Positions 40,194 to 51,803 of a stretch of DNA of 64,000 nt are shown in pieces. The stretch's first letter is position 1, and every line of letters starts with the position of its first letter. The notes beneath the pieces were generated by a model. The model was not told the DNA's origin, made no database searches, and saw only the letters and a program-made list of their open reading frames with translations. The translations under genes and the position numbers were made by a program. This DNA is from Nymphaea colorata (Eukaryota), in assembly GCF_008831285.2 (NCBI RefSeq), contig NC_045138.2, positions 25,916,001 through 25,980,000 on the forward strand, read 5' to 3'.

Positions 40194-41322
40194 TGCAAAG
40201 ACATATTAAATAGCCATTTGGTCTCAAAAGTTTCCAGAAAAACTTTTTAGGAATGAATTGTGGTGTCCATATCGAAACATATTGAACTGCGTGGTGAAAG
40301 ATATAGAATTGCATGCTCCATGCCGTTGTATGGGTAACAAGAGAGACAGATGTAGCCGATGAAATGGAAATTAATTAACAAAAACTGGTGGCGAGACGGA
40401 CGTCAACAAGCATTGCAAAAATCTGCAACGAAAAACCAGACAGGTGCAATTGCGAAGTAAATGCAATGGGCTAGCGAGAGAGAGAGAGAGAGAGAGAGAG
40501 GGCGGAACTAATGAGCGATCAATCAACTTCGTTCGGCGCAAGTGCATACACTCGGCTTCAACATGATTTGTTCAGTAAAAATCAAACTTTAAGGGACAAT
40601 TTGACATTAAGAACAGGTATGAATGTTGAATCTATCTCAAAATTAAGATAGATTCATGAAGTACAAGAACTTGTTTGAGATAGATTCATGAAGTACAAGA
40701 ACTTGTTTGATAAACTTGGAATAGATTCATAAAACAACAACACTTACACATGTTAGTTCTAATACCAAATATCGGCTAAGAGTTTTTTTTTTTTTTTAAG
40801 ATAGAAATTCAAACATTATGCATTAGAATCGTATGCTTTTACCATTAGCCTACCAAATCAGATCAAATTGGTAAGTATGATTTCAACGTACTTGGAATAC
40901 AAGGAAAAAAAATTTCTACTCGTGAGTTCCGTACCTTCGTTAGTATCAAATATTGAAGCTTTGAACAGGAGGAGCTGTCTTTGGGAGGGCATCTTCCAAA
41001 TTTTGTACTTGGACTCGAGCTGGTATGTTTCCGTAATTTGTGACAACTTGGAGGGCTAATGCTCCCACTGCTTTACCCATCTGGGTTTCTTCCCTATAGG
41101 CCAAGGATAAAGCCTGTTCCCCGCTTGTCCCCCCTTCTAACATAAGCAGCCTCCCCCCCTCTCTCTCTCTCTCTCGCTCTCTGTCTCTCTCTCTCCCTCA
41201 GAGGATTCCAGGATTACGACCGAGTAAATTTTCTTTGGAGTTTTAGTTGCAGAGTAAATCTATTGCTCCTTGCTCAAGGAAAAGAGAGGTAACGGGAACG
41301 AGGGAACGGGGAAAGAGAAAAA

Positions 41323-43275
41323 ATGGTGGGCTCAGACAGGAGCAAGGAGGCGGTTGGAATGATGGCTCTTCATGAAGCTCTCAGAAATGTCTGCTTGAAT
41401 TCTGACTGGGCTTATTCTGTCTTCTGGACCATTAGACCTCGACCGTACTCTCTCTTTCTCTCTTGCTCTCTCTGATTGCCAATTCTGGTGAGAAAACTAC
41501 CACTTCTAATGCTGGTTCGTTTCTGCTTACGTGATTCTTGGTGATTACAGGAGGTCAAGGGGTGGTAATGGATGCAAAGTTGGTGATGACAATGGTAGCT
41601 TGTAAGTTGACGTTGCGGAGAATTTAGTTTCTCTAAGAACGGAAAGGAAAACTGTTGTTTTCGTCTAAGAGATTTCTTTTGGTGATTTTGTTGCAGGATG
41701 CTCATGTGGGAAGACGGGTTCTGTAAACCGAGGGTAGCAGAGTGTCTGGAAGATCTTGACGGGGATGATCCTGTTAGAAAAGCTTTCAGCAAGATGTCCA
41801 TTCAGTTGTATAATTATGGAGAAGGGTGGGTAGTTGGTAGGTGTTAAAAAAAGAAATTGTAAAGGTCAATAAAAGTATTTAATAAGTGAACCGGGTTTAA
41901 TTTTTGCCTTTCGGTTTTTCATCAAACGATGTGAAACTTTTTACCAGACTGAGTGATTGATGGATTATTACCATGAACAGTTTGATGGGAAAGGTTGCAT
42001 CTGATAAATGCCACAAATGGGTTTTCAAGGAACCTTCTGAATGTGAAACCAACATCTCCAACTACTGGCAGAGTTCATTTGATGCAGTAAGAATCATGTC
42101 ATTCTAAAATTAACTCACTTTTATCTCTTTTGATGTCCTGCCATTTTTAACTTCCAGTTCTTTTTCCTCCATCCAGCTCCCTCCTGAATGGACAGATCAA
42201 TTTGCTTCTGGGATCCAGGTACAGATTAAGCACTCCAAAAATTCTTCATCTGGGTTGCCACCTTCTTGCTTTCAAGTTTCACCCCTGATTTTGTCGAGCT
42301 TTTTCAGACCATTGCTGTGATTCAAGCTGGGCACGGACTTCTGCAACTTGGATCTTGCAAAATCGTAAGCTCGTTTGCGAGATTTCACTGCTTAACTTCT
42401 CTATTGGACTCTTTCTCTTGGGCCTATTTAGCTGAATACGACTGAATATCCAGGTTCCTGAAGATCTGCACTTTGTGTTGAGAATGAGGCACACTTTTGA
42501 GTCTCTTGGATACCAATCAGGGTTCTACCTTTCCCAGCTCTTCTCTGCAACTAGAAATGGATCACTATCGTTGCCCTCTAACCTAACCAAGCCGACCATA
42601 CTGAACCATCCTCCACCCATATTCAACTGGAACCAGAGAGCTCTGCACTCTGCTGCGGTACCCACCACGCCCATTGGTCCTCCCAACTTTCCCAATGCTC
42701 CAAGAGCCACCTTGCCGCCAACCGATGAAACCCAGCTCTTCCTCTTTCCACACGCACCCGAATCGCAGATCGACGAAATGATGGTCGATCACGACGCCGA
42801 GATCAAATGGCCTAGTGGCTTGTCATTCTTCAGCGCACTCACCGGCCGAGCAGAAGAGAGCAAGCTTCTTTTCGGCTCGGAAAGCATCGGCGAATTGGGT
42901 GAAATGGGGGCGGCTGCTCAGGGAAGGCCTAGATCATTGCAGCAGCAGTTGGTGGTCGGGAAGAACCTGAATTCGAGCTCGAATTCGCCTGCAAGCATGT
43001 GCAGCACCATGGGAGATTCCAAGGCATTCGCCAGAGGTTCGGACGCCATGGCCGCCGAGAATGTGAGCGTGACGGAGTACCTCAGCTTGGAGAGCCACGG
43101 GATCAACAATGGAGAAAGGTTGAAGAGAATGGAGAACAAGTTCAAGAGGAGCTTCACAATGCCTGCAAGAATGGGTTCCTCAACTGTCGAGAGCAACCAT
43201 CATCGTCAAGCTGAGGGCTACAGAGGACCAGAGGTTGGAATGTACTCGGAGATCATGGAGTCGTTCCTGGACTGA
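41323..43275 (+). CDS. RSS3: RICE SALT SENSITIVE 3-like / bHLH-MYC_N-domain protein lacking a bHLH (At5g53900/At3g15240 type); exons 41323-41444, 41551-41601, 41697-41825, 41981-42086, 42177-42218, 42308-42364, 42454-43275
   Basis: Spliced translation MVGSDRSKEAVGMMALHEALRNVCLNSDWAYSVFWTIRPRP...LMLMWEDGFC...FSKMSIQLYNYGEGLMGKVASDKCHKWVF...QFASGIQTIAVIQAGHGLLQLGSCKIVPEDLHFVLRMRHTFE, ending ...FKRSFTMPARM...MYSEIMESFLD. All junctions are GT-AG and in phase. Confidence 0.9.
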
Positions 43276-44549
43276 GCAAACGTCTTAGCCTTTCCCTGCC
43301 AGCCAATTGTCTTCTGTATTTTCTTCCTTTTTTCATTGTAATGAAGGGAGAGGTGTGTATATAAGAGGGAGAAAGGACCTGGATCACTCCCTTCTTCTCC
43401 ATCGTGTGACTTCTGCTCATTGCCTAAGATCATGTGACAGCATTTGGTTAGTGCTCCTGATTCATCTCCCCATTCTTCACGTTCGAGCATGAAATCCATG
43501 TTTCTTATTTCTTCAAGAAAAAAAATGCTCCCTTTTTTACTTCCAGTTTGGTTTTATGTATCTTAAGTTTGGATATGTAAACCAAAGAATCAATGATTTA
43601 ATGTATATATCAATGAATTTAAGTAAATATAAGAATTATATAAACTGATCTACTTGCTGTTCAATCAACTTGATTGACAGTTTAATTAATTTTTCAAAGT
43701 AAAAATTGTCATTCGTTTCTTTTAAAAATATTTTTACACGCACTACCTACCTTATTAACCACCAATCAGGTTAATCAAAGAGTTCATAATCACTGCACAT
43801 AGTTTTGACATTTATTCATATTTACTCAGTTCATATATATATATATGTGATGGTGGATTCCACCTTCAACTTTATAGGCTGTCTGACCGGTAGATGAATT
43901 CAAAACATTTAAATCCATGTGTGAAGAAAATCATTGAAAATAAATGTGCAAATTAAATTTTATAAAGAATAAAAAATCAACACCATAAAGTTCAAAACCT
44001 ACAATGATCATAAAAGCTTATCCACACATCTGATTTTGACTAGGGTTCATCTTTGCAGTGTAAAGTAATTGTTAAGCATAGTGAATAATATTTTAATGTT
44101 CGTCATTTAATTTGTATATGTGTGTGCGTGGGAGAGACGTACATCTCTCAATTTAATAAACATAGGTTGTTGACATTTTCCGGAGACGAGCTTGGTTATT
44201 AATGCATATCCCTAGAAAATCTTAAGATGAAATGATAAACATTTTGCTCCATCACATACAAAACTTTATATATAATGTGGACATCTTCGCAAGGATGACT
44301 TTACATGCTTGATTTTGTAAGAATCAAAACTCTTCAATTTCAACACCATTGCGTGCGTAACTTTATCAACGAAGTTCTAAAGTCGGTTTAAAATATTTCT
44401 TGTTAACTTTGAGGCTGACGAACTTTGGGGAGACAGGGGCACACACTCCGGGCATCGCGCTCTAAACCTTTTTTTTTTTTTTCAATCTAAAGGTTCTAAT
44501 TTTTGACCTTACAGGCCATTTTTCTCCACAACAAAGAAACCACTTTGAA

Positions 44550-44987
44550 GAACTTAACCGCATTCGCTTCAAAGTAGAAAGTGACTCGACTTAATTGGTC
44601 TTACTAACTGGTGAAAGTTTGGTCGTCAGTTTGATTTTCGTAGGTGTTCTTTTTTTGTACTATAATACATGGCATCTCCGTTGATAGGTGCTCAACTCTT
44701 CACTTAGGTCTCGAACAGTCCGAAACCCCAGAGTCAGAAATGAATGAGAGATTGAAGTGACGAACTTCACGGCATTCGCTGCAAAGTGGAAAATCACTCA
44801 GCTCACCATTTAGCAAAATTGGTCTGACCAACCAATGAAAGTTTGGTAGTCAGTTTGATTTTCATAGGTATTATTTTTTTGAACCGTAATACATGACATC
44901 TTAGTTGATAATCTTAGTTGATAAGTGTTCAACTCCCCACTCAGGTCTGAAACAATCCCAAACAAACCCGAGAACCATAAATGAAAT
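44550..44987 (+). repeat. Diverged ~210-bp tandem duplication (44550-44745, 44762-44987)
   Basis: Both copies carry gcattcgct.caaagt.gaaa...gaaagtttggt.gtcagtttgattttc.taggt...taatacatg.catct...ttgata.gtg.tcaactc..cact.aggtct. Confidence 0.85.
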
Positions 44988-45691
44988 AGAGCGCGGCTTC
45001 CATCTTTTCTGGATATTTTCAATTTCCCCCCACCATTGAATACCAGTGAGAACTGGATAATAGACGGTCACTCAGATCTGCGGTTGCATTTTTGAAAGCA
45101 TGAGTAACAATATTAGTGGGAGGCGACGTAAGAAGTTGGATGTGGCTGCAGGTATTAGCTGCAATCAAGGCGGGAATCGAGGGGGGGGGGCTTTAGAGAA
45201 GTGCCCTGGTACACATGCAATTGCAGCAGCGTTGCCTGGTAGTTTACCAGTCAAAGCAAAAAGCTTGGTGTCTGCTGCCTGCCGATTGCAACTGTTGATA
45301 GGAGTACGGCAGAAATCCAGGCCTTTTTCAAAGTGGAATTTTTGCCTGCAGACATTATCTTTTGCTTCTTATTTTGAAGAGAAGCTCTTTCTTTACTGGT
45401 TGATCAACGAAGATTTACTTGGCATTTGAATGACACTCCAAAAACCAGGTTATACGAGCCAAATATGATTGGTTTTACCTCTAAAATAAAGTTTTAAGAG
45501 CGTTCCTAGTACCATTAAGCAATGGCCGAGGCGGAGAAACTTTTTGGAGAGCACTTATTCACAACAACAGTTAGCTTCTGCCATGATGTATCGGCAACCT
45601 GGACTTGTGCTCTCAGCCTTAAATTGAACTGTTAAACTTTTGATGGTTAAATAGTTATTATGAGATTTTGATGTTTTTCATGGTCTCTTAG

Positions 45692-46055
45692 TAGGGCTGC
45701 ACACGAGCCGAGTCGAGCTCGAGCTCAGCTCCAACTCTAACCGAACTCTTTATAACAAGCTCGAGCTCGACTCAACTACACAAAATCGAGCTCAAACTCT
45801 ACTCGTTTAACACGTGTAGACGTTCATGTGGTGTTACTTGTGAAAATTTGTTTTTACCCTAAAAGTTGAAATCGGTAAATCGATTTTGGCAGTATTATAT
45901 AGAGTATCAGTTTGCGAGTCGAATTGAGTGTAAACAAGTTAAGTTCCTGAAACTCGAATTCGACTCATTTATCATTTCGAGTGTGTTTGTAAGCTTGAAC
46001 TCAGCTCGTTTATAAACAAGTTGAGAACGAGCTGAGTTTTTTTGAGTTGGCTATC
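45692..46055. mobile_element. Non-autonomous MITE-like element with (cgagct)n subterminal motifs
   Basis: Starts tagggctgcacacgagccgagtcgagctcgagctc, with repeated ctcga/gctcg motifs at both ends and an AT-rich core. Confidence 0.55.
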
Positions 46056-48442
46056 TCTCAATTGTTTCACCAAAAGTAAAAGGCGTGAAGTTGAAATTTG
46101 GGGAACTGGGGGATCGCATGGAATAACCCAATGAAAAAAAGGGGTTTGACTGGGAACATTTCTCCCCCCTTTCTCACCAATCACGTTTCCTGGATCCGGA
46201 TCTGTCGCCGATGCTCCAGACTGACGCGATTAGCCGCCACACGTGACTTTCCTTTCCTTCGCAATTAAGATGCCAACCGTTCGAATCCGAGACCACTAAA
46301 CGCATTAAAAGATCCGGTAAGACTTTCCGAGCTTAGATAAGGGAGATTAATTTTCTCGCCGGAAATTAGAGCCGATATGACGGAGACGGGCAAAACTCTC
46401 TTACCAGATGGCTCCAAAACTTGCGGCGCAATCCGAAAGGACAAGACGGCACAGTGCAGAAAAGTCCAAAGAGTGAATTCCTTTTTAGCCGATGAATCGT
46501 TTTCCATCGAACTGCACGGTGCCGCAGCAGATATGTTCCTCACGCATTCAGGAAGGAAGCGAGAAGGTTCATCTGTCAATCGTCAGGAAACGCACCACAG
46601 ACAAGGATTTCACGGTCCTTGGGAATACCTTCCTGTGTTTCTTTTATCATGGAAAACTGGGAATTCGGTTCAAAACTTTGTTTCCTTTGGGGAAGTCTGG
46701 ACAAATTCTTGGGGCCAACATATGATCTTAAACTGTGTGTGAATATGAAGTCCCAAGGTACAGGAACTAATGAGTTTCTTTAAGAGGTACCCATTTAAGT
46801 CATGCCCACTATCCATTTTAAACCATAACATTCTTCAAATTTGGCTTTTTCTACTCACTTAAGTCATGCCCAGTTTTATTTCTATGTAACTGAAGTTTAG
46901 TACGTCCGACCCACTTGATTTTTTCTTCTCTTAGCATTGACTTGGGGAAGTATATATCCTATGCATGTTTCTCTCTAGACAGGAATGAACAATAAATACA
47001 TATAAGATAGAGAAAAAGCATGCAACTACGATCAAGTACAGCTCTCTCTCTATAGGTTTAGATATAATTTAACAGTGATTTGAAGTCAAGTGGTACTTGT
47101 GTTTAATAACAATGTTCACATTTCATGAGCAAAGCAATGTGGTATAAATTTTTGGGTTTAAATTCGCAGATAGTCCAATTTTTCATGGAGATCTGAATCT
47201 TGGTACTTGATAATTGATATATATGTAGTTTGCATTCTTTGTGTAAGACGACATCGAGATAATCAGATATAGTAACTATCCAGTAATTAAGTTGATATTG
47301 ACACCCTCTACAAGTTGGCCTCCTGTTGTAAGGAACCACAGGGGAGGATAGAAAGAACATCTTCATCCACAGACTGGAACCGATGTGGGCTGTTCCTTGG
47401 ACTTTGTAGCAGTTACTTGTCAACATAGTTGTTTCTTTGAACAGGCCAAGATATGTTTGGAGTTGGGAATACAAAACATCAACCTCTTGGATCAAAGGCG
47501 GAACTTTGATGTACTCTATTCTTTATCCTTATCGGATCCTTACCTGCTGATCCAGTATTGGATCTCTAACATTTACATGGACCAAACCCTGTTCAATATT
47601 CCAAGTGCAACAATAGGTTATCTCATAGCTCAAAGTGAGACCCGAAGGCTCCTCCATTCCCCTCCAACTTCTAGTGTTGTTTGGACTGCATCTACAATAC
47701 TGAGGGGCACTAATAGGTAATAAAAGGAAGCGTATGGGTCCGTGTGGGCAGCAGCCCATACACCCCCTGCATGCTTAAGTTTTAAAGATGCATGCATGCT
47801 TTAGTGTTATCTTGGTTAATTTGACGGGTTTACTTAAACACATCATAGAATTCATGAAAAATAAAACATTCAAACCAACAAGAAAATAAAGCATCATAGA
47901 TCATTTTTGAAACTGATGGAAAGTTTTAATCAGTATAAACGGACTTTCGTCGATGAGTACGTACTGCTAGTAAAATGGAAAATTTAGTGCCCGTAAGAAC
48001 TCGTCATTAAGTGTCTGAGATTTACCAACGTGCAACTGAGGGCCGTCAACAAAGATCAAGATTTTCCTGTGCGGTTGGTTTTCCGTGAGTAAAAGTTGAA
48101 GCATACTGACGTTCTTCATATCCGTCGCTAGAAATTTCAACAACACAGTTTATACAGTGAAAGCCGCCAGTGACCGTTTCCTCGTTTTTACTTACACTTT
48201 CATCCTGTCAATAAATCTTCCATTTCAATAGACTTTAACAACTAAATTGCAGGAAAAGTGCGCAATTCGATCGGCACGGGATGTCGTCACTACGTATATT
48301 CATGAAACCCAACTGCCGCGGTCACAATCGCCAACAAAACTAGAGAGAGAGAGAGAGAAAAAGAGAAGTATTCAAGCTAGTCGACGGCTTCTCGCTTCTT
48401 GTTTCTTGATCAGTTTCATCCCATCGTTTTCTTGTTCACGAC

Positions 48443-49432
48443 ATGAAGAAATCCGCGGCGCTCAGGCAAGTCTGGGAGGAAAACTTCTACAGGGAGCAGG
48501 AGTTCATCAGGCAGGTGGTCCTTCGCCACAACTACGTCACAGTCGCCACTCGAGTCATTCCCCTCCCGACGGCGCCCAGCCCCGCTTCCTCCCCCGCCGG
48601 CGCCACCCTTCCCACCTCGGATGAGAACTACGCCTTCTTCCGCCAGCGCGCCAATGCCATGAGGCTGCTGCAGCTTGGCCTCACCTTCTCAGACGAGGGC
48701 GGCAACCTCCCCAAGGACCCCATGACAGGCGAGAGGTACACCTGGGAGTTCAACGTCAAGGTGGCGAAGTCTATGGACGAGATCGACGCCGTCTTCCGGC
48801 AGCACCTGACGGAGAAGGGCATGGACGTCGACTACAACATGAAGAACGCCATCCACCCGGACGTGCTGTGCATTGGCTTGTGGTGCATGGATACGCTCAT
48901 GAAGGAGCGCATCCGTTGGGTCGTCTTCAGCGGTTGGGCCGCCTTCAGCCCGCTGCTCAACATCATGAGGTCGGTGACCGGAAACCGTAAAAATTTCATC
49001 CAAATCACATTCTTGAACTGATCCTTTCCTCAACCGATTCTTAATCTACAATTTAGCTTGAATAGGCATAACTTTCTCTATTGACAACATTGGTGGCGAT
49101 CGATCTCGGATCTGTTCGAAAATGTGATTTGCTCTCAATCTTTCAGAGCGGAGGAGCAGCTGCCGGAGCGGCGGGAGGCATTCCTGGACTTGGTGAAGTT
49201 GTATTTCCCGAAGTTCTACGAAGTGAGGCAGCTGATGTCAGGCTGCGGCCTGTCGGGAACGCTGGAGGAGACGGCGAACGTGCTGGGCGCGGGCGTCACC
49301 GACGGTGAGATGTTCAACCAGGCAGGGCCCGACAGCCTGCTCACGCTGCTGGTGTTCCTGGGGCTCAGGAAAAGGCATTTTGGGCGGGGAATACCGGAAG
49401 AGCAAGCCAACTTGATCATGTCCATCAGTTAA
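48443..49432 (+). CDS. CAF1: CCR4-associated factor 1 (CAF1/POP2)-like protein, divergent and probably catalytically inactive; exons 48443-48969 and 49147-49432
   Basis: CAF1 motifs LRQVWEENF, ENYAFFRQRANAMRLLQLGLTFSDEGGNLP, YTWEFN, IRWVVF, LPERREAFLDLVKLYFPKFYEVRQLM, QAGPDSLLT. A 177-bp intron (AG|GTCGGT...TTTCAG|A) restores the frame. Confidence 0.85.
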
Positions 49433-51674
49433 GGAGTTATTTCCTTGAGAGAACATGCTGAGCTCAATTCTTCTGGTTAATTTCCTTGTCTTCCTTCACG
49501 TTGGTGCTTCTGGTTTCGTGTTTTTTCATGGCAGGGAACTTTTCTGTTCTTTTTCTGCTCGCATGGAGATTTTTCTTGTGTTCATCGCATATCTTTCGCT
49601 GCATGGGAATTGAATCTCATGTTCGACTCAAGAAAAAAGAACAACAAAGTTTTCTCCTCATCGATGGTATTCTATGATTTGTTCTTGCGTTTTATATTTG
49701 CAGGTAGAAGGCAAAATTATCAAGCTTCTACTAATTCTTTCAAACAATATCATGGTGGAACCATGAATTCGATTAAGCAACATTCAACTAATCAACTAGC
49801 GTTAAGATCTGTGTATCCTAATCTGAACCTCATCTTATTCGGATTCACTCTAACTTGATTACCAGAATTGACGTGCCGCTCTAGTATCAGCTGCTAATTC
49901 TGTATTCAATTAGAAATAGGTGCACCGAAGCATGTATACGTGCAACAATAAGCAATTAAAGTAAGAACTTCTCCATGAAACATTATATTTACTTTGAGAA
50001 AAGGAATTCCATTAATTAGATTTTTTTTTATCATGATTAAAGAAAATGAAGCTAATCATGTTTTTGAATTCCTTAGTGAGTGCAGTATGAAATGAGGGTC
50101 TTAATTATGTGATATGATGCATGCAAGTGGTACTAGGGCTGCTTGCTCTTGTAAGGGCAATATAAATTCCAAACACCTAATTAAATCTTATTAAAACCTA
50201 GAACATCTGACTATAGTGAGCAGGAACTAATACGGAAGCTGTTATATGTTCGTGGAGGCCATTCTTGGTGTACCTCCCCAATTGAGAAGGTACATGTAGC
50301 GTATATTTCAGTGACATTATTTCATTGGACCTAAACAATTTGTTGGTAGTGCCAAACGGCCTTTAAAGAAACTGAATTATTTGGTTGTTTGGATTGTAAA
50401 CTCACTCCATTTGCCAATAATAATAGGAAAAACCAAAGTACCTCTTTAACATCGAGGATGTGAAATCCTCTGACCATCCAGTTCTCTATCCAATCATAAT
50501 TAACTGTATCGAACATTGTCTTAAGAAAGGCCAAAGAAATCCAAGGATCCCTTAATGTCTTGAATTCTTATAATTCAAGACTACTAATCCATGGGTCCAA
50601 TTATGTTTCGTTGATTCAGAAAACATCTGCCGAATTTCGAAACATTACAAACTATGTCTTTTGTTTGAATCTTATCACTCCAACCATATTTACTACAACT
50701 ATAGAAATGCTATAAATTGTGGCGGCATTTACATGATATATAATCGGGTGTGAGAAAAGTGAGTAAATAAGTTCACCATTTCCACTAAATTATTTATAAA
50801 AAACCATGTTTTGGGTGTATCGCTAGAACACATAAACCAAAGAGCTCAATACAAAATTTAGTTTTCACGAGACCAAGTTTCAACAAAACTGAGATCTTGA
50901 TGATGCCGTCCAAACGTTTCATACCTTAGAAATTCTTTTCAGACCAACCATGAGTATATGTTTATGAATGGGTAAAAGTAATATTTAAATTTTTATTTTT
51001 AAATGATAAGTTAAAAATGGAAAAATATAATTAAAAAGTAAAATAAACGTAGCACCCTTGAAATAGATACATACAATCACAAACTTTATTTTAAAGTCGA
51101 TGAATAAAGGAGTGAGAAAAGCGACAGCGCGTTTCCAGCCGCACATTTTCTGACGCGGGGACGGTGGACCCGCGAGCGCCTTCGATCGAGAGAGAGATGG
51201 TGGGTACCCAACGGGATCCCATCTGCCTCCGTGGTGGTGGGCTGGCTCTGGCTCACCAGCTAATCTGGACCCTGGCAATTCTGCGTTCGATCCCCTGACG
51301 AGGACAAAGGATGATAGATGTACGCAGATAATTGCCACGAAACCAGCTGCGCCTCTAGATGGACGGTCGGTAGGGGCCATGCCTGATATTTCTCTGTCCT
51401 CCTTTCTACATCCCTCCCCTCTCCTAGAAGCCTCTTATGCCTATTACCAGGCGGGGATGGTTTAATTTCTTTCTTTCTTCGTTGGTTTTAGATGAATGGC
51501 GTTTCTCTTGGATACTGGGATTGGCATGGTTTTGATGGCCTTTCGAGAGTAAGAAAGTGAAGAAGGGGAGGAGGAGACAGGGAAGGAAGGTTGGATTGGA
51601 GAAGAGACCAGATTGGTTTTGTGTTTCTTGCCTGTATCCGAAAGAAGATTAATCATCTCGGAGATTGTAAGGAA

Positions 51675-51768
51675 ATGGGGAGAGTATATGTCGTGGAGTT
51701 GGAAGGGAAGATCTACAGATGTAAATTCTGCCTCACCCACTTGGCGCTTCTAGACGACCTAGTCTCCA

Positions 51769-51803
<35 letters not shown>

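Noticed and set aside
42525..43499. Antisense and alternative-frame ORFs over the RSS3-like last exon (similarly over CAF1 and pol)
   Set aside because: Shadow ORFs expected from GC-rich coding DNA.
46265..46742. Overlapping 77-121 aa ORFs in a moderately GC-rich patch
   Set aside because: No recognisable domain or consistent exon structure.
47385..47720. AKICLELGIQNINL loosely resembles a LINE RNase H-like (RVT_3) segment
   Set aside because: Catalytic motifs are absent and the similarity is too short to support a call.
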